Below are positions 16,594 to 24,789 of a stretch of DNA of 45,355 nt, piece after piece. Source of the DNA: a virus (Duplodnaviria > Caudoviricetes); the IMG/VR virus record IMGVR_UViG_3300043220_000071, positions 1-45,355 of that record, one strand, 5' to 3'. The notes below the pieces were generated by a model, which was not told where the DNA came from, ran no database searches, and saw only the letters and a program-made list of their open reading frames with translations. The position numbers and the translations under genes were made by a program. The first letter of the stretch is position 1; the number at the start of each line of letters is the position of its first letter.

Positions 16594-16964
16594 TATGTAA
16601 TGCTCCTTTAGATAGGGCCGCGTCTCGGAGTCAATACCATAGTGGTTAACAGAGAAGCGCGGATCGGGAACCCGTCCCCAGGTTCGCACTATATGTCATA
16701 TGTAAAGTAAATCCCTATCTAGATTACTTGACCGCCCAGTTATAGCGTGGTTCTGTGGCCCTGGAACCTGTGCAATAATGTCTCTGGTCGGCCCTGCAAC
16801 CGCCCGCCCTTTTCTTTCTGGGTATCTAGGGTAGTTAACACCCTCGCTCCTGTATATCCTGTACCAATAACCACAGGGATACCCACTCGCGCTCATCCAC
16901 AGAACGCTTACCGAGTCTGAGGTACTTCCCTCGGCTCATATCCCAAAGGAGCAACTGATACCAG

Positions 16965-17384
16965 CTATTCACGCGTCACCAGGTTAAACTGAACGTTCAT
17001 CTGGTTACCGCCACCCTTCTGGAGCTTCAGTAGCTCTATAGGCTTATCCATGGCGATACCGGTAGTGACGGGTATCTGGCTGTCTGGGAGGGTATCTAAG
17101 ACCATCATCATCCGTTCCTGGGCCTTCATCCCCATCTCCATAATTCCCGTCTTGAACGTCTCTTCCCTCTCCTCGCCCATCTCCTTCCATCTCTCTGGAT
17201 CGAGTCGCCTGAACCACCGCATGATGAGCATGGCATTAGGGTGTCGGTCAGGGTAACGCTTAGCCATCTCCCGCTCTGCCTGGCTGTAGTTGTTAGTCTC
17301 GTAGACCAAAGCACACGCCTCTCCCTTGACATCGCTAGGATAGGAATCAGTGCGGCGCTTAGTTAATGCTCTATCCACAGTCAT
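16965..17384 (-). CDS. Terminase small subunit (putative, HTH)
   Basis: AGGAG RBS, N-terminal HTH-like segment, helical core with GIAMDK motif, upstream of terL. Confidence 0.65.
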   Translation of the reverse strand: MTVDRALTKRRTDSYPSDVKGEACALVYETNNYSQAEREMAKRYPDRHPNAMLIMRWFRRLDPERWKEMGEEREETFKTGIMEMGMKAQERMMMVLDTLPDSQIPVTTGIAMDKPIELLKLQKGGGNQMNVQFNLVTRE

Positions 17385-17634
17385 GGACCTTCTCCTGGTG
17401 GTTAGAAACAGAAAGGCCGCTCTTTCGAGCAGCCCTCTGTGTTGACAGACCCTTCGCTGTACTCTCAATATAACACAAAGAGTGAGGGTAGCTAATAGAC
17501 ATTTCTAATTGGTCGTAAGGTAGACCAGCGGCAAACTCCTTAAAGGCATTCCGAATAGACGCTATCTCATTGTCATCAAAGATAAGCCCCTTAGGCCGCA
17601 ACGCTAGGGTTAGCCTCATCTCACTTGTGTCCAC
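17371..17634 (-). CDS. Hypothetical protein
   Basis: 87-aa ORF overlapping its neighbours. Confidence 0.5.
   Translation of the reverse strand: MDTSEMRLTLALRPKGLIFDDNEIASIRNAFKEFAAGLPYDQLEMSISYPHSLCYIESTAKGLSTQRAARKSGLSVSNHQEKVHDCG
17404..17476 (-). promoter_or_regulatory. Putative promoter (TG-T-TATATT) followed by a terminator/attenuator hairpin upstream of terS
   Basis: Minus strand TGTTATATT, then GGCTGCTC-GAAA-GAGCGGCC-TTTCTGTTT. Confidence 0.5.
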
Positions 17635-17878
17635 TAGACAGCTCCTCCTTTATCGTTTCAATCATCTGGTCCGTGCTAGCAATTTGGAGTAAATGCGCTT
17701 CCTGGCCCCGATCGCAATGCTCGTGAATTGACAGCGCAACCTCTGGGTGACTTCGCATTAACGAAACCCCCAGCATCACGCCAGTCATAAACGCAACTTC
17801 TGGACTCCACTCCTTTACCACCCATTCAGGAGGTGACATATAGACACGACCAACTATCTCTGCTAGCTCTTTATTCAC
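17621..17878 (-). CDS. Hypothetical protein
   Basis: 85 aa, coupled to neighbours. Confidence 0.65.
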   Translation of the reverse strand: MNKELAEIVGRVYMSPPEWVVKEWSPEVAFMTGVMLGVSLMRSHPEVALSIHEHCDRGQEAHLLQIASTDQMIETIKEELSSGHK

Positions 17879-18173
17879 GACGGTAGGCAGCCATCAAGCG
17901 CTGAAGGCCAGCGTTGATGCCTCCCTCTCTGCTCCTCTCACGTTCAGCCTCTACTCGCTCTTCATGTGAAGGGCCTCGCCAAGCCGGGACAAACTCTAAT
18001 GTGGAGATGAACCAGCTTCGACCGCAGAGCAGGCAAGTAAGCGCCGGATGAGTATATGCAGAGAACAGCCAGCCCATGCAGCGAGGGCAATTAGGGTCTA
18101 AGCCCCTTGATTTCATATTCATCGGTAAACGGGGCACCTCCGCAGGTGGAGCACCAAGCTCAAAGGAGGACAC
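17871..18173 (-). CDS. Zinc-ribbon protein
   Basis: CPRC..CLLCG motif. Confidence 0.65.
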   Translation of the reverse strand: MSSFELGAPPAEVPRLPMNMKSRGLDPNCPRCMGWLFSAYTHPALTCLLCGRSWFISTLEFVPAWRGPSHEERVEAERERSREGGINAGLQRLMAAYRRE

Positions 18174-18228
18174 CTAAAAACTTGCCAGGCCCTTCCTTGC
18201 GGAGGTTTGTCCGGCCCCGTTCATAATC

Positions 18229-18237
18229 ATTCTACCA
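18229..18237 (-). promoter_or_regulatory. Leftward extended -10 promoter (TGGTAGAAT)
   Basis: TGn-TAGAAT at the head of the minus-strand packaging operon. Confidence 0.5.
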
Positions 18238-18332
18238 TAGCGTTAGACTGAGCGATTATCTCCTTGCTGAACTTCACCATCACGTCATGTCCTTTGTGAT
18301 AAAGATTGCAATGTTCCCTATCTGGCAGATAC

Positions 18333-18361
18333 TTGACATGCCTATTCTAAGGGTGTACTGT
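18333..18361 (+). promoter_or_regulatory. Sigma70-type promoter for the plus-strand cassette
   Basis: TTGACA-17 bp-TACTGT. Confidence 0.7.
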
Positions 18362-18394
18362 CATTGTAGTCATGGTAGTAGCTGGAGGGACAGC

Positions 18395-18535
18395 ATGGTG
18401 AGGCTCACCTGGACAGAAGGCCGCAAGGGAACATTATTTAGTCGCCTCTTCTGCACCACAAAACAGGCGCGAGATTGGGGCGAAACGGAGCTGAGACCTT
18501 ATGGCATTGGATATGCCATCGAACGGACCCGGTAG
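18395..18535 (+). CDS. Small hypothetical protein (46 aa)
   Basis: GGAGG RBS; first gene after the promoter. Confidence 0.65.
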   Translation: MVRLTWTEGRKGTLFSRLFCTTKQARDWGETELRPYGIGYAIERTR

Positions 18536-18567
18536 CCAACGGATCAGTAATCAGGAGGGAAGACACG

Positions 18568-18765
18568 ATGAAGAAGCTAAACCCGCAGATGAAGGACTGG
18601 ATGAGTACGCGGGGGTTTGAGGTCGCTCAGATTGGCGTCGTGTTCGGCAGCTTTAACCCGACTGAATTGATTAAGCGGCTCGCGGCCGCCCCGTCTGCGG
18701 GAGAGAAAATCAACGCCACTACCGTTTGTCGTGTGTTAGACGAAATGAGAAACGCCTATCACTAG
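18568..18765 (+). CDS. Hypothetical protein (65 aa)
   Basis: AGGAGG RBS before MKKLNPQ. Confidence 0.7.
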   Translation: MKKLNPQMKDWMSTRGFEVAQIGVVFGSFNPTELIKRLAAAPSAGEKINATTVCRVLDEMRNAYH

Positions 18766-18816
18766 TCCCCCCAGCGTTGGCCCTGACTCGCTCGGGGCCG
18801 ACCCCGGACGGATTAG
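18762..18816 (+). repeat. Structured intergenic repeat, copy 1
   Basis: CTAGTCCCCCCAGCGT...CCGGACGGATTAG shared with 19165-19220. Confidence 0.8.
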
Positions 18817-18832
18817 TAGGAAAGGGGAAATC

Positions 18833-19168
18833 ATGCAAGACCTAGAGGCCAGCACATTCCAGAAGCGGCCCGCGTACCGCTACATCCGCAAGAGTGACAA
18901 TGTGCCCGACATCGGCGAGAATGGCCGCAACGCCGACCAGGGAGACCCCATAGCGTTAGTTAAGCTGTTCAACCCTACAGGGGCGGGCACTTGGTACATA
19001 GCCGAGTATGACCCCGAAACACGCACGGCATACGGGCGGGCCGACATCCAGTTCAACGAGTACGGGTACATCAACATCGCAGAGCTAGTAGAGTTTCGTG
19101 GGCAGTTTGGCCTACCAATAGAGCGCGACCTCCACTGGAGCCCCCGCCCGCTGAGCGAATGCGCCTAG
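18833..19168 (+). CDS. DUF2958-family protein
   Basis: VKLFNPTGAGTWYIAEYD...EYGYI..AEL...GLPIERDLHW matches the family pattern as I recall it. Confidence 0.8.
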   Translation: MQDLEASTFQKRPAYRYIRKSDNVPDIGENGRNADQGDPIALVKLFNPTGAGTWYIAEYDPETRTAYGRADIQFNEYGYINIAELVEFRGQFGLPIERDLHWSPRPLSECA

Positions 19169-19220
19169 TCCCCCCAGCGTCCCGTCCATCACATGATGGG
19201 CGCGATGCCGGACGGATTAG
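19165..19220 (+). repeat. Structured intergenic repeat, copy 2
   Basis: Same conserved ends as copy 1 with a different apical hairpin. Confidence 0.8.
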
Positions 19221-19238
19221 AGAACGGAGGGAAGACAA

Positions 19239-19325
19239 ATGGGAGATCACTACGTAATCAGGTGTTGCAAATGCGACGCCTTAGTTTGCCGCTACTGCTC
19301 GCACACGTGCAAGCGGACGGATTAG
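19239..19325 (+). CDS. 28-aa Cys-rich micro-protein (MGDHYVIRCCKCDALVCRYCSHTCKRTD)
   Basis: GGAGG RBS; 6 Cys; ends in the repeat's GGATTAG. Confidence 0.5.
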   Translation: MGDHYVIRCCKCDALVCRYCSHTCKRTD

Positions 19326-19341
19326 CAGGAGGGAAACCAGC

Positions 19342-19620
19342 ATGACTGACAAGCATACACCTGGGCCGTGGCAATCTGGCGGCTGCGTCGTGTATGGCCC
19401 CGATGGTGCTGGCGTCGCCGATCTAGTCGCTGGCGTCTGTAATCATAATGGCCGAAGCCCCGACGAAACGGAGGCCAACGCCCGCCTCATCGCCGCCGCA
19501 CCGGAGCTGCTGAAGGCGCTGGAGCCGTTCGCTGCAATAGACGTTGAGGGCACCACACTCACGCTAGAACATTTAGAGAACGCCCGCGCCGCTATCAAGG
19601 CCGCGAAGGAGGACGCATGA
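19342..19620 (+). CDS. Phage early hypothetical protein (HTPGPW...ANARLIAAAPELL family)
   Basis: Widespread phage motif; AGGAGG RBS. Confidence 0.85.
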   Translation: MTDKHTPGPWQSGGCVVYGPDGAGVADLVAGVCNHNGRSPDETEANARLIAAAPELLKALEPFAAIDVEGTTLTLEHLENARAAIKAAKEDA

Positions 19621-19862
19621 ACAAGCCGCTAGTAGTAACAGATGGCCGTTACCTGTGGGTACATCATCAGAACGGGCCAAAGCTAGGGCCACTCAACTAC
19701 AACAAGCATCTCACCGAGGAAGGCCAGATAGATATAGAAGTCAACAATCACGACCCCTACGGCTGCCCAGTGAATCCCCGCGCCTGTGTTGGTGGCCGAG
19801 TACACTTAGTAGAAAATCCCATGTTCCCGCCAGGCGACTTGTGGAGCAAGGGGGACGCATGA
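19617..19862 (+). CDS. Hypothetical protein
   Basis: ATGA-coupled, GGAGG RBS. Confidence 0.7.
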   Translation: MNKPLVVTDGRYLWVHHQNGPKLGPLNYNKHLTEEGQIDIEVNNHDPYGCPVNPRACVGGRVHLVENPMFPPGDLWSKGDA

Positions 19863-20092
19863 CTACCAGATACACAGAGAAGCAGATCGAGGACGTGGCC
19901 CGAATCCTGCTGGAGCACGTCCTGCTGTCACGCGTTAGCCCCATGACCCACGACCTAGTGAACACCTTCGCCGACCTCTTCGCCGCCGACAACCCGCCCG
20001 AACTGGGCTGGGGGTGCGGCCCAGGCTGCCTAGCACATAGGGGCTTCGACCGTGCCGCCTTCCTGATAGCCTGCGGGCTGGAGGGATCATGA
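19859..20092 (+). CDS. Hypothetical protein
   Basis: ATGA-coupled; FADLFAADNP...FDRAAFLIACG. Confidence 0.75.
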   Translation: MTTRYTEKQIEDVARILLEHVLLSRVSPMTHDLVNTFADLFAADNPPELGWGCGPGCLAHRGFDRAAFLIACGLEGS

Positions 20093-20217
20093 CCTACACC
20101 TGCCAGAAATGCGGCTACACCTGGACGCCCCGGCCTAAACGGTTCGAGCAAGGCCGCTCTAAGCCGGTCCAGTGCCCACACTGCCAGAGTAAAGACTGGG
20201 ATAAGAAGGGAGACTGA
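20089..20217 (+). CDS. 42-aa zinc-ribbon protein (CQKCGYTWTPR...PVQCPHCQSKDWD)
   Basis: GGAGG RBS, ATGA overlap; paralog of 34457..34582; not in the ORF track. Confidence 0.8.
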   Translation: MTYTCQKCGYTWTPRPKRFEQGRSKPVQCPHCQSKDWDKKGD

Positions 20218-20221
20218 ACAA

Positions 20222-20359
20222 ATGGTAAGCGACCCTAGCTGTTACGTTTGTGGACACGCACCCGAAGAACATCGCGCCGGGTATGCCGAGTGCGAGATTG
20301 AGGACTGCGACTGCATCTACTTTGAGGCGCGGGAGGAAGATGAAGAAGACGAATCCTAG
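20222..20359 (+). CDS. 45-aa Cys/His micro-protein with acidic tail
   Basis: GGGAG RBS; CYVCGH...H...C....C.C then EEDEEDES. Confidence 0.65.
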   Translation: MVSDPSCYVCGHAPEEHRAGYAECEIEDCDCIYFEAREEDEEDES

Positions 20360-20389
20360 CCACATATCATCATGGAAGGAAGGGACAAA

Positions 20390-20686
20390 ATGAAATGGAG
20401 TCACGTAGTTGAAGGGCAGGCCATCCACCTCTTAGGCGTGAGTGAAACCTGTACCTGCAAGGCCCGCCATGTCTGCCAGTCTTGCCAGGGTCAAGACGAA
20501 CGCCTCCGTGCCGTCAACGCCAAGCTCCTAGAAGCGCTGGAGGGGTGCGAGTCGGCACTCCGTAAGGACGGCGAACGAACTCTCGTGGTGCGAAATGCCG
20601 GCGTAATACCTTCCGATGGCACAATGCCCCACCATCTCGTACTCGCTAACCAGGCCCGCGCTGTCATTGAGGAGGCTAAGAAATAG
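20390..20686 (+). CDS. Hypothetical protein
   Basis: LLEALE...ARAVI C-terminus similar to 19342..19620. Confidence 0.7.
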   Translation: MKWSHVVEGQAIHLLGVSETCTCKARHVCQSCQGQDERLRAVNAKLLEALEGCESALRKDGERTLVVRNAGVIPSDGTMPHHLVLANQARAVIEEAKK

Positions 20687-20778
20687 CCCCGCCAGTTCGC
20701 CTGCCGTGGAGTCCTATAGACGGACGGCGGGGAAGAATTAAATAGAGCGCCCCACACAGGACGCTCATCGTACCATAA

Positions 20779-20807
20779 AGCGTATCATTAGAAACGGGAG
20801 GTGTCAA
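20779..20807 (-). promoter_or_regulatory. Antisense sigma70-type promoter facing the early cassette
   Basis: Minus strand TTGACA-17 bp-TACGCT with TG extension. Confidence 0.6.
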
Positions 20808-20860
20808 GATGACCCACACAGCCAGGCCCGCGCTGTGTTAAAGCACACTGAGGAGAGGTC

Positions 20861-21130
20861 ATGAATAACGACAGCCTGGATACTTGGAAATGCGGCCATA
20901 TCAGTCACGGTTGCACTGTCTGCATAGAGCGCCGCGTTGACGACCTCACGCACACCCTAGAAGCAGCCAGGGGGTTTATTATCAAGCGGCACGGGATTGT
21001 ATTAGCAGTAACACAAATCGACGAGGTGCTATACAAAGAGGAGTGGGCGATTAGGTTGGAATCACCACTGACGCAGGATGAATCTCCGTCTTATACCAGC
21101 GCTGCCCCTCGCACCAATGAACGTGCGTAG
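20861..21130 (+). CDS. Hypothetical protein
   Basis: GAGGAG RBS; converges on 21051..21314. Confidence 0.6.
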   Translation: MNNDSLDTWKCGHISHGCTVCIERRVDDLTHTLEAARGFIIKRHGIVLAVTQIDEVLYKEEWAIRLESPLTQDESPSYTSAAPRTNERA

Positions 21131-21314
21131 TAGCGTTAGCCTTAATACCCCCGAAGGTAGTACCCTCAACCTCAAGCGTTACGACACCATCCTGAAATGA
21201 AGCACCAATTACTCGCACACCTTCAGGAAACGCCAAGACCTGTTCTAGGACGTGCGGGGCTACCTTTACGGACGACCGTAACGGAATCGTTAGCAACCCC
21301 TCAGTTATCGCCAT
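21051..21314 (-). CDS. Hypothetical protein
   Basis: GGAGG RBS, 87 aa. Confidence 0.65.
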   Translation of the reverse strand: MAITEGLLTIPLRSSVKVAPHVLEQVLAFPEGVRVIGASFQDGVVTLEVEGTTFGGIKANATTHVHWCEGQRWYKTEIHPASVVIPT

Positions 21315-21454
21315 ATCGCCTCCATCACTGTGAATGGCCCCTGTGGCGTGCCCGCACCGACCGCTCGTGCCAGTTTTCCCAGCAAATAACCCAGTAGCGA
21401 TGCGAAGGCCACAGCCTCACGGCAATCCAAGAGTGGCCGTCGTCATCGAAACGT

Positions 21455-21715
21455 TTAATCATTAGTCAGTCCAGCTACCCGATACGGCCCGCCACTTTCC
21501 TCAAACCACCCAGGACAACAGTCCTCGCAATGTGGAATGTCATGCCTGCACCGACGGCAGGAGTGAATCTCTGTTTGACACCGAGCGCAATGATAACGGA
21601 CTACGCCATCATTAGGCTCGGCCCAGCTACGCTCCATCGCATCGAACTTATGGAAACCATCAAGGCAAAGAAACAACAACCCATATTTCGACATGTGTGC
21701 AGCCTCCTCAGCCAT
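21455..21715 (-). CDS. Cys-rich hypothetical protein
   Basis: Several CxxC motifs; overlaps the upstream gene. Confidence 0.55.
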   Translation of the reverse strand: MAEEAAHMSKYGLLFLCLDGFHKFDAMERSWAEPNDGVVRYHCARCQTEIHSCRRCRHDIPHCEDCCPGWFEESGGPYRVAGLTND

Positions 21716-22139
21716 TCGTCACCGCGACGCCGTTCAGGGAGTCTGTCATTTCTTGGATGGCGTCTTTCACTATCCTATTCACGTCCCCGCCGGTGATACC
21801 CCAGTAGTCCCCCACCTTCTCCCGCCAGTTGTAGCGGCTTATATCGTTCCGCTTCTTCTGCTTCTTCCCGTTCGCCCCATTCTTCCCGTTCTCGACATGA
21901 GCCCAGCTCGACTCCCCCAAACAGACCGTCATCCAGAGTATCTTCTCATGTTGAAATGGCAGCGCCCTCATCGCCTGCTCTATGTCCGACCACAAACAGC
22001 TAGTGTTCGCCCAGGGGGCCTCTTCTAACGGAGGTGGCCTAGACACCAGTACGTCGTCCGGAGGCCGCATACGCGCTCCCTGGGCTCTACGCTGGTAGTC
22101 CGCGAGGAGCTTCCTGAGCATCCCTGGGTTGTAGATCAT
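21708..22139 (-). CDS. Putative transcriptional regulator (sigma region 4-like HTH)
   Basis: DIEQAMRALP...ILW...WREKVGDYWGITGGDVNRIVKDAI resembles sigma70 region-4/late-activator HTH. Confidence 0.6.
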   Translation of the reverse strand: MIYNPGMLRKLLADYQRRAQGARMRPPDDVLVSRPPPLEEAPWANTSCLWSDIEQAMRALPFQHEKILWMTVCLGESSWAHVENGKNGANGKKQKKRNDISRYNWREKVGDYWGITGGDVNRIVKDAIQEMTDSLNGVAVTNG

Positions 22140-22297
22140 AGCTGCCTTCGTTGCATCACTTCTTGAATCGCTCGAATCATGCCCTCACTCATCGCATCGC
22201 GGTCTTCCTGTATGAGTTGACACATACGCAGACCGCTGCAATACCTCGTTGAGCGCCGGATAAACCGGCGACAGTGACGGTAACGACACTGCTTCAC
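22136..22297 (-). CDS. Small Cys-containing hypothetical protein (53 aa)
   Basis: GGAGG RBS, GTG start, ATGA overlap with the downstream gene. Confidence 0.55.
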   Translation of the reverse strand: MKQCRYRHCRRFIRRSTRYCSGLRMCQLIQEDRDAMSEGMIRAIQEVMQRRQL

Positions 22298-22322
22298 GCC
22301 AGCACCTCCATCGCCGTAAGAG

Positions 22323-22493
22323 TCATCCCTTTATCTTGAACCCCGCAAAGCCCGCCGCCAGCGCCGCTATCGCCGCTACAGAAACGCTGAATAACGTCCC
22401 ATCAATCCCCTGGCTGAGCGCGTAGAGCTGGAGCGCGGCGATTAAGGCCGCAGCCCACATGATTGCGATGAGCGCCGGCAGTCTCTTCATCAT
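22323..22493 (-). CDS. Small two-helix membrane protein (lysis cassette)
   Basis: Two hydrophobic segments; downstream of the amidase. Confidence 0.7.
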   Translation of the reverse strand: MMKRLPALIAIMWAAALIAALQLYALSQGIDGTLFSVSVAAIAALAAGFAGFKIKG

Positions 22494-22708
22494 GCCGACG
22501 GCCTCACAGCGTCGAATACGCCCCATCCCGCCACGGCGACGAACGTTATCGGGATCGTCAGGATCGCCAGCTCCTCAGTCGTCAGCCACTCCCAGCGCAC
22601 GACCGAGAACGCCACTATCGCCTGCACCGCCGCGACCCAGCCGGCACGGGTCAAGCCGTCACTGATAGCGTTGCCTGTTACGCCGGTAACACGGTCCATG
22701 TTGCTCAT
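22490..22708 (-). CDS. Holin (putative)
   Basis: 72 aa, two hydrophobic helices, in the lysis cluster. Confidence 0.65.
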   Translation of the reverse strand: MSNMDRVTGVTGNAISDGLTRAGWVAAVQAIVAFSVVRWEWLTTEELAILTIPITFVAVAGWGVFDAVRPSA

Positions 22709-22872
22709 CGTCGCCTCCGTTCCTCTCGCATCTTCGCCTCGTGCATCTCCGCCAGCTCCTCCGCCGTCCTTCTCTTAGGCTTCCTCAACGCCATCTTCGT
22801 CAGGAACGCCACGCCCCCAACCGCCGCGATGGCCGCTAACCCCCAGCCGATGATGAGGATGACGATCTCCAC
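22705..22872 (-). CDS. Small membrane protein with basic C-terminus
   Basis: GTG start right after the amidase stop; N-terminal TM helix. Confidence 0.6.
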   Translation of the reverse strand: MEIVILIIGWGLAAIAAVGGVAFLTKMALRKPKRRTAEELAEMHEAKMREERRRR

Positions 22873-22873
22873 A

Positions 22874-23644
22874 CTACAGCTTTGCCTTAACGGCCTTGAC
22901 GGCCTGGGCATCGGTATACGAACCGCCGCTAAGCTGGAGGGCATCTACCTTGCCCTGTAGCGCTAGGTGGGCCAGCACCTGGACCTCGCCGTGCTGGTTC
23001 TGGCGTGTTTCCAGGAAACGAACGTGCTTACTGAGAGCTCCTTCGGGGTCGAGGTTCTTAGCCTCCATCTTGGCTACGACCTTATCAGCTATGGCCTCTA
23101 TCTCTTCTGGTGTTAACGCCATGTCGTCCTCCCATTCGTTGATTAGCGCGAACTTCGCGTTCCAGGGGTTACGCCCCGAAGGGCAGCTAGTGGCCGAGAG
23201 CCAGTTGTGCTCCCACATGTTCTTTCTGAGAGTCGGGGGGTTGGCCCCGAACGCCGGGCACAGCGCACGCAGGGCGACGTCTATCTTGGCGCTCCAGTAA
23301 ACCTGATTCTCCGTCCAGGGCTCGCCCGCTACCCCCTCATGCTCTTTGCCCACAAGGGTCAGGTTGCCTATCAGCGAGGTATCCTGCCGCCGGTCCCCTG
23401 GAAGGCCGGCGTGCCATGTTATTTTCTCCAGCGAGTAATGTTGAATGGGCTCGCTGTGCGTCGGGAGAGAGAACGTCCACGACGACTGCGCGGGGCCGTC
23501 CAGCACGGAGTAGGCACCAGCCATCGAGCCCTCCATGCTGTGGTCTACCACGCCCTCTATCTGCGCCAGGGTCCGGTCGCCCGTGCCGTATCCCTGCTTC
23601 CAGTCGCGGCCAAGACGGCGGGCGCAGAAGCTCAGCCAGGTCAC
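22874..23644 (-). CDS. Endolysin, N-acetylmuramoyl-L-alanine amidase (Amidase_2-like)
   Basis: VVDHSMEG, TWHAG, GKEHEG and EHNWLSATSCP Zn-amidase motifs; adjacent to holin-like genes. Confidence 0.85.
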   Translation of the reverse strand: MTWLSFCARRLGRDWKQGYGTGDRTLAQIEGVVDHSMEGSMAGAYSVLDGPAQSSWTFSLPTHSEPIQHYSLEKITWHAGLPGDRRQDTSLIGNLTLVGKEHEGVAGEPWTENQVYWSAKIDVALRALCPAFGANPPTLRKNMWEHNWLSATSCPSGRNPWNAKFALINEWEDDMALTPEEIEAIADKVVAKMEAKNLDPEGALSKHVRFLETRQNQHGEVQVLAHLALQGKVDALQLSGGSYTDAQAVKAVKAKL

Positions 23645-23672
23645 GGCTTACCCCCAGGGGCGCAGAGGGGAG

Positions 23673-23930
23673 TCAATGCTTGCACCCGCCACCACCGCAC
23701 GAGCCGATGCCTGCAAAACAAGCAGCCGACTCCCTGGTCTCCTCGACGGCGCTCTCTCGTGCGTCTTCCTCGGTGTAATCCATGCCAATTAGCGTCTTGT
23801 ACGACTCGAGCGCCGCTTCAACCCCAGCAGCCGCAGCATCAACAAACCCCGCCTTGGAAAGCGCCATCGGGGCCAACTCACAGCGCGACTCGTGGCTAGG
23901 CAAAGACTCGCAGTCGCACGTCTCGCTCAT
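23673..23930 (-). CDS. Hypothetical Cys-containing protein
   Basis: 85 aa, ATGA-coupled. Confidence 0.6.
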   Translation of the reverse strand: MSETCDCESLPSHESRCELAPMALSKAGFVDAAAAGVEAALESYKTLIGMDYTEEDARESAVEETRESAACFAGIGSCGGGGCKH

Positions 23931-24160
23931 CGCCTGCTCCGCACATAAGCGTCTGCACTCTTCGGCGTCATGGTGTCGGGCTCCAGCACGGGGATGTTAC
24001 GCCGGTAACACTCGGGGATTTCAGGGAGCGTCCAGTCGTCGGACGGGCACCCGTCTGGGGCAACGTCCGTGACGGGCTCAGGGAATAGGAAGTCTAGCCA
24101 CTCGCTAAGCCAGCATTTCATCATGCAAAAGAAAAAGGCCCGCCGCACCTTTCGGGCCAT
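23927..24160 (-). CDS. Hypothetical protein (start uncertain)
   Basis: ORF coupled to the downstream gene. Confidence 0.45.
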   Translation of the reverse strand: MARKVRRAFFFCMMKCWLSEWLDFLFPEPVTDVAPDGCPSDDWTLPEIPECYRRNIPVLEPDTMTPKSADAYVRSRR

Positions 24161-24170
24161 TGGTGCTCGG
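24126..24170 (-). terminator. Intrinsic terminator-like structure
   Basis: Minus strand GGCCCG...CGGGCC followed by TTTTTCTTTT. Confidence 0.6.
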
Positions 24171-24200
24171 GCCAGTGGCGACGGGGCTAACCGCCGACTT

Positions 24201-24380
24201 CTATTCGGTTGCTACTAGCTTAGGCTCCTTGACCTCAATCGTCAACCCGCCTACACCGTTGAACCTGACGCTGTAGATGCGCCGACACTTTGGACACCTC
24301 ACCCCCTCAAAGGGAACCGACAGTATCCCAGGCAGCCGCCAGCCATCAGCCATACACCACCAGCGCCTAGGGTCTGACAT
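24201..24380 (-). CDS. Small zinc-ribbon protein, Mu Com-like
   Basis: WWCMADG...VRCPKCRR; 59 aa. Confidence 0.55.
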   Translation of the reverse strand: MSDPRRWWCMADGWRLPGILSVPFEGVRCPKCRRIYSVRFNGVGGLTIEVKEPKLVATE

Positions 24381-24789
24381 GCCGTCTTTCGTTCTTGCAG
24401 ATTCGACACTTTCGATGCCCGTTGTGCTCAACGAGATTATCGCCAGCAAGAGGGTGGCCCCTAGGGCAGTGCGTCACCCTAGCGTTGTCTGCGGTAGGGG
24501 AAAAGCCGCGCAGCACATTCACGCTGTTAGAAACTAGCTCCATGTGCCCCGGATTAACACAGCCAGGGTTAAGGCACAGATGATCCACAACCAAGCCGTC
24601 AGGAATAGACCCAACAAGCAGTTGATAGGCAAAGCGATGCGCGTAGATATTCTTCTGAGCCACCGTGACGCGCCCGTAACCTTGCTTGCTACGGTATCCA
24701 CGCCACATCCAGCAGTTACCCAACTTATCTACCTTGGCCCAGAAGCGAGCTTGCGGGGTTGTTAGGTAAACCGTATGCTGATTGGGCAT
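24367..24789 (-). CDS. HNH homing endonuclease
   Basis: RFWAKVDK..CWMW.G....GYG, AHRFAY, VDHLCLNPGCVNPGH, THCPRGH, CRIC motifs. Confidence 0.92.
   Translation of the reverse strand: MPNQHTVYLTTPQARFWAKVDKLGNCWMWRGYRSKQGYGRVTVAQKNIYAHRFAYQLLVGSIPDGLVVDHLCLNPGCVNPGHMELVSNSVNVLRGFSPTADNARVTHCPRGHPLAGDNLVEHNGHRKCRICKNERRHVRP

Noticed and set aside
18762-19325. CRISPR mini-array
   Set aside because: The repeats are separated by whole genes, vary internally, and no cas genes are present
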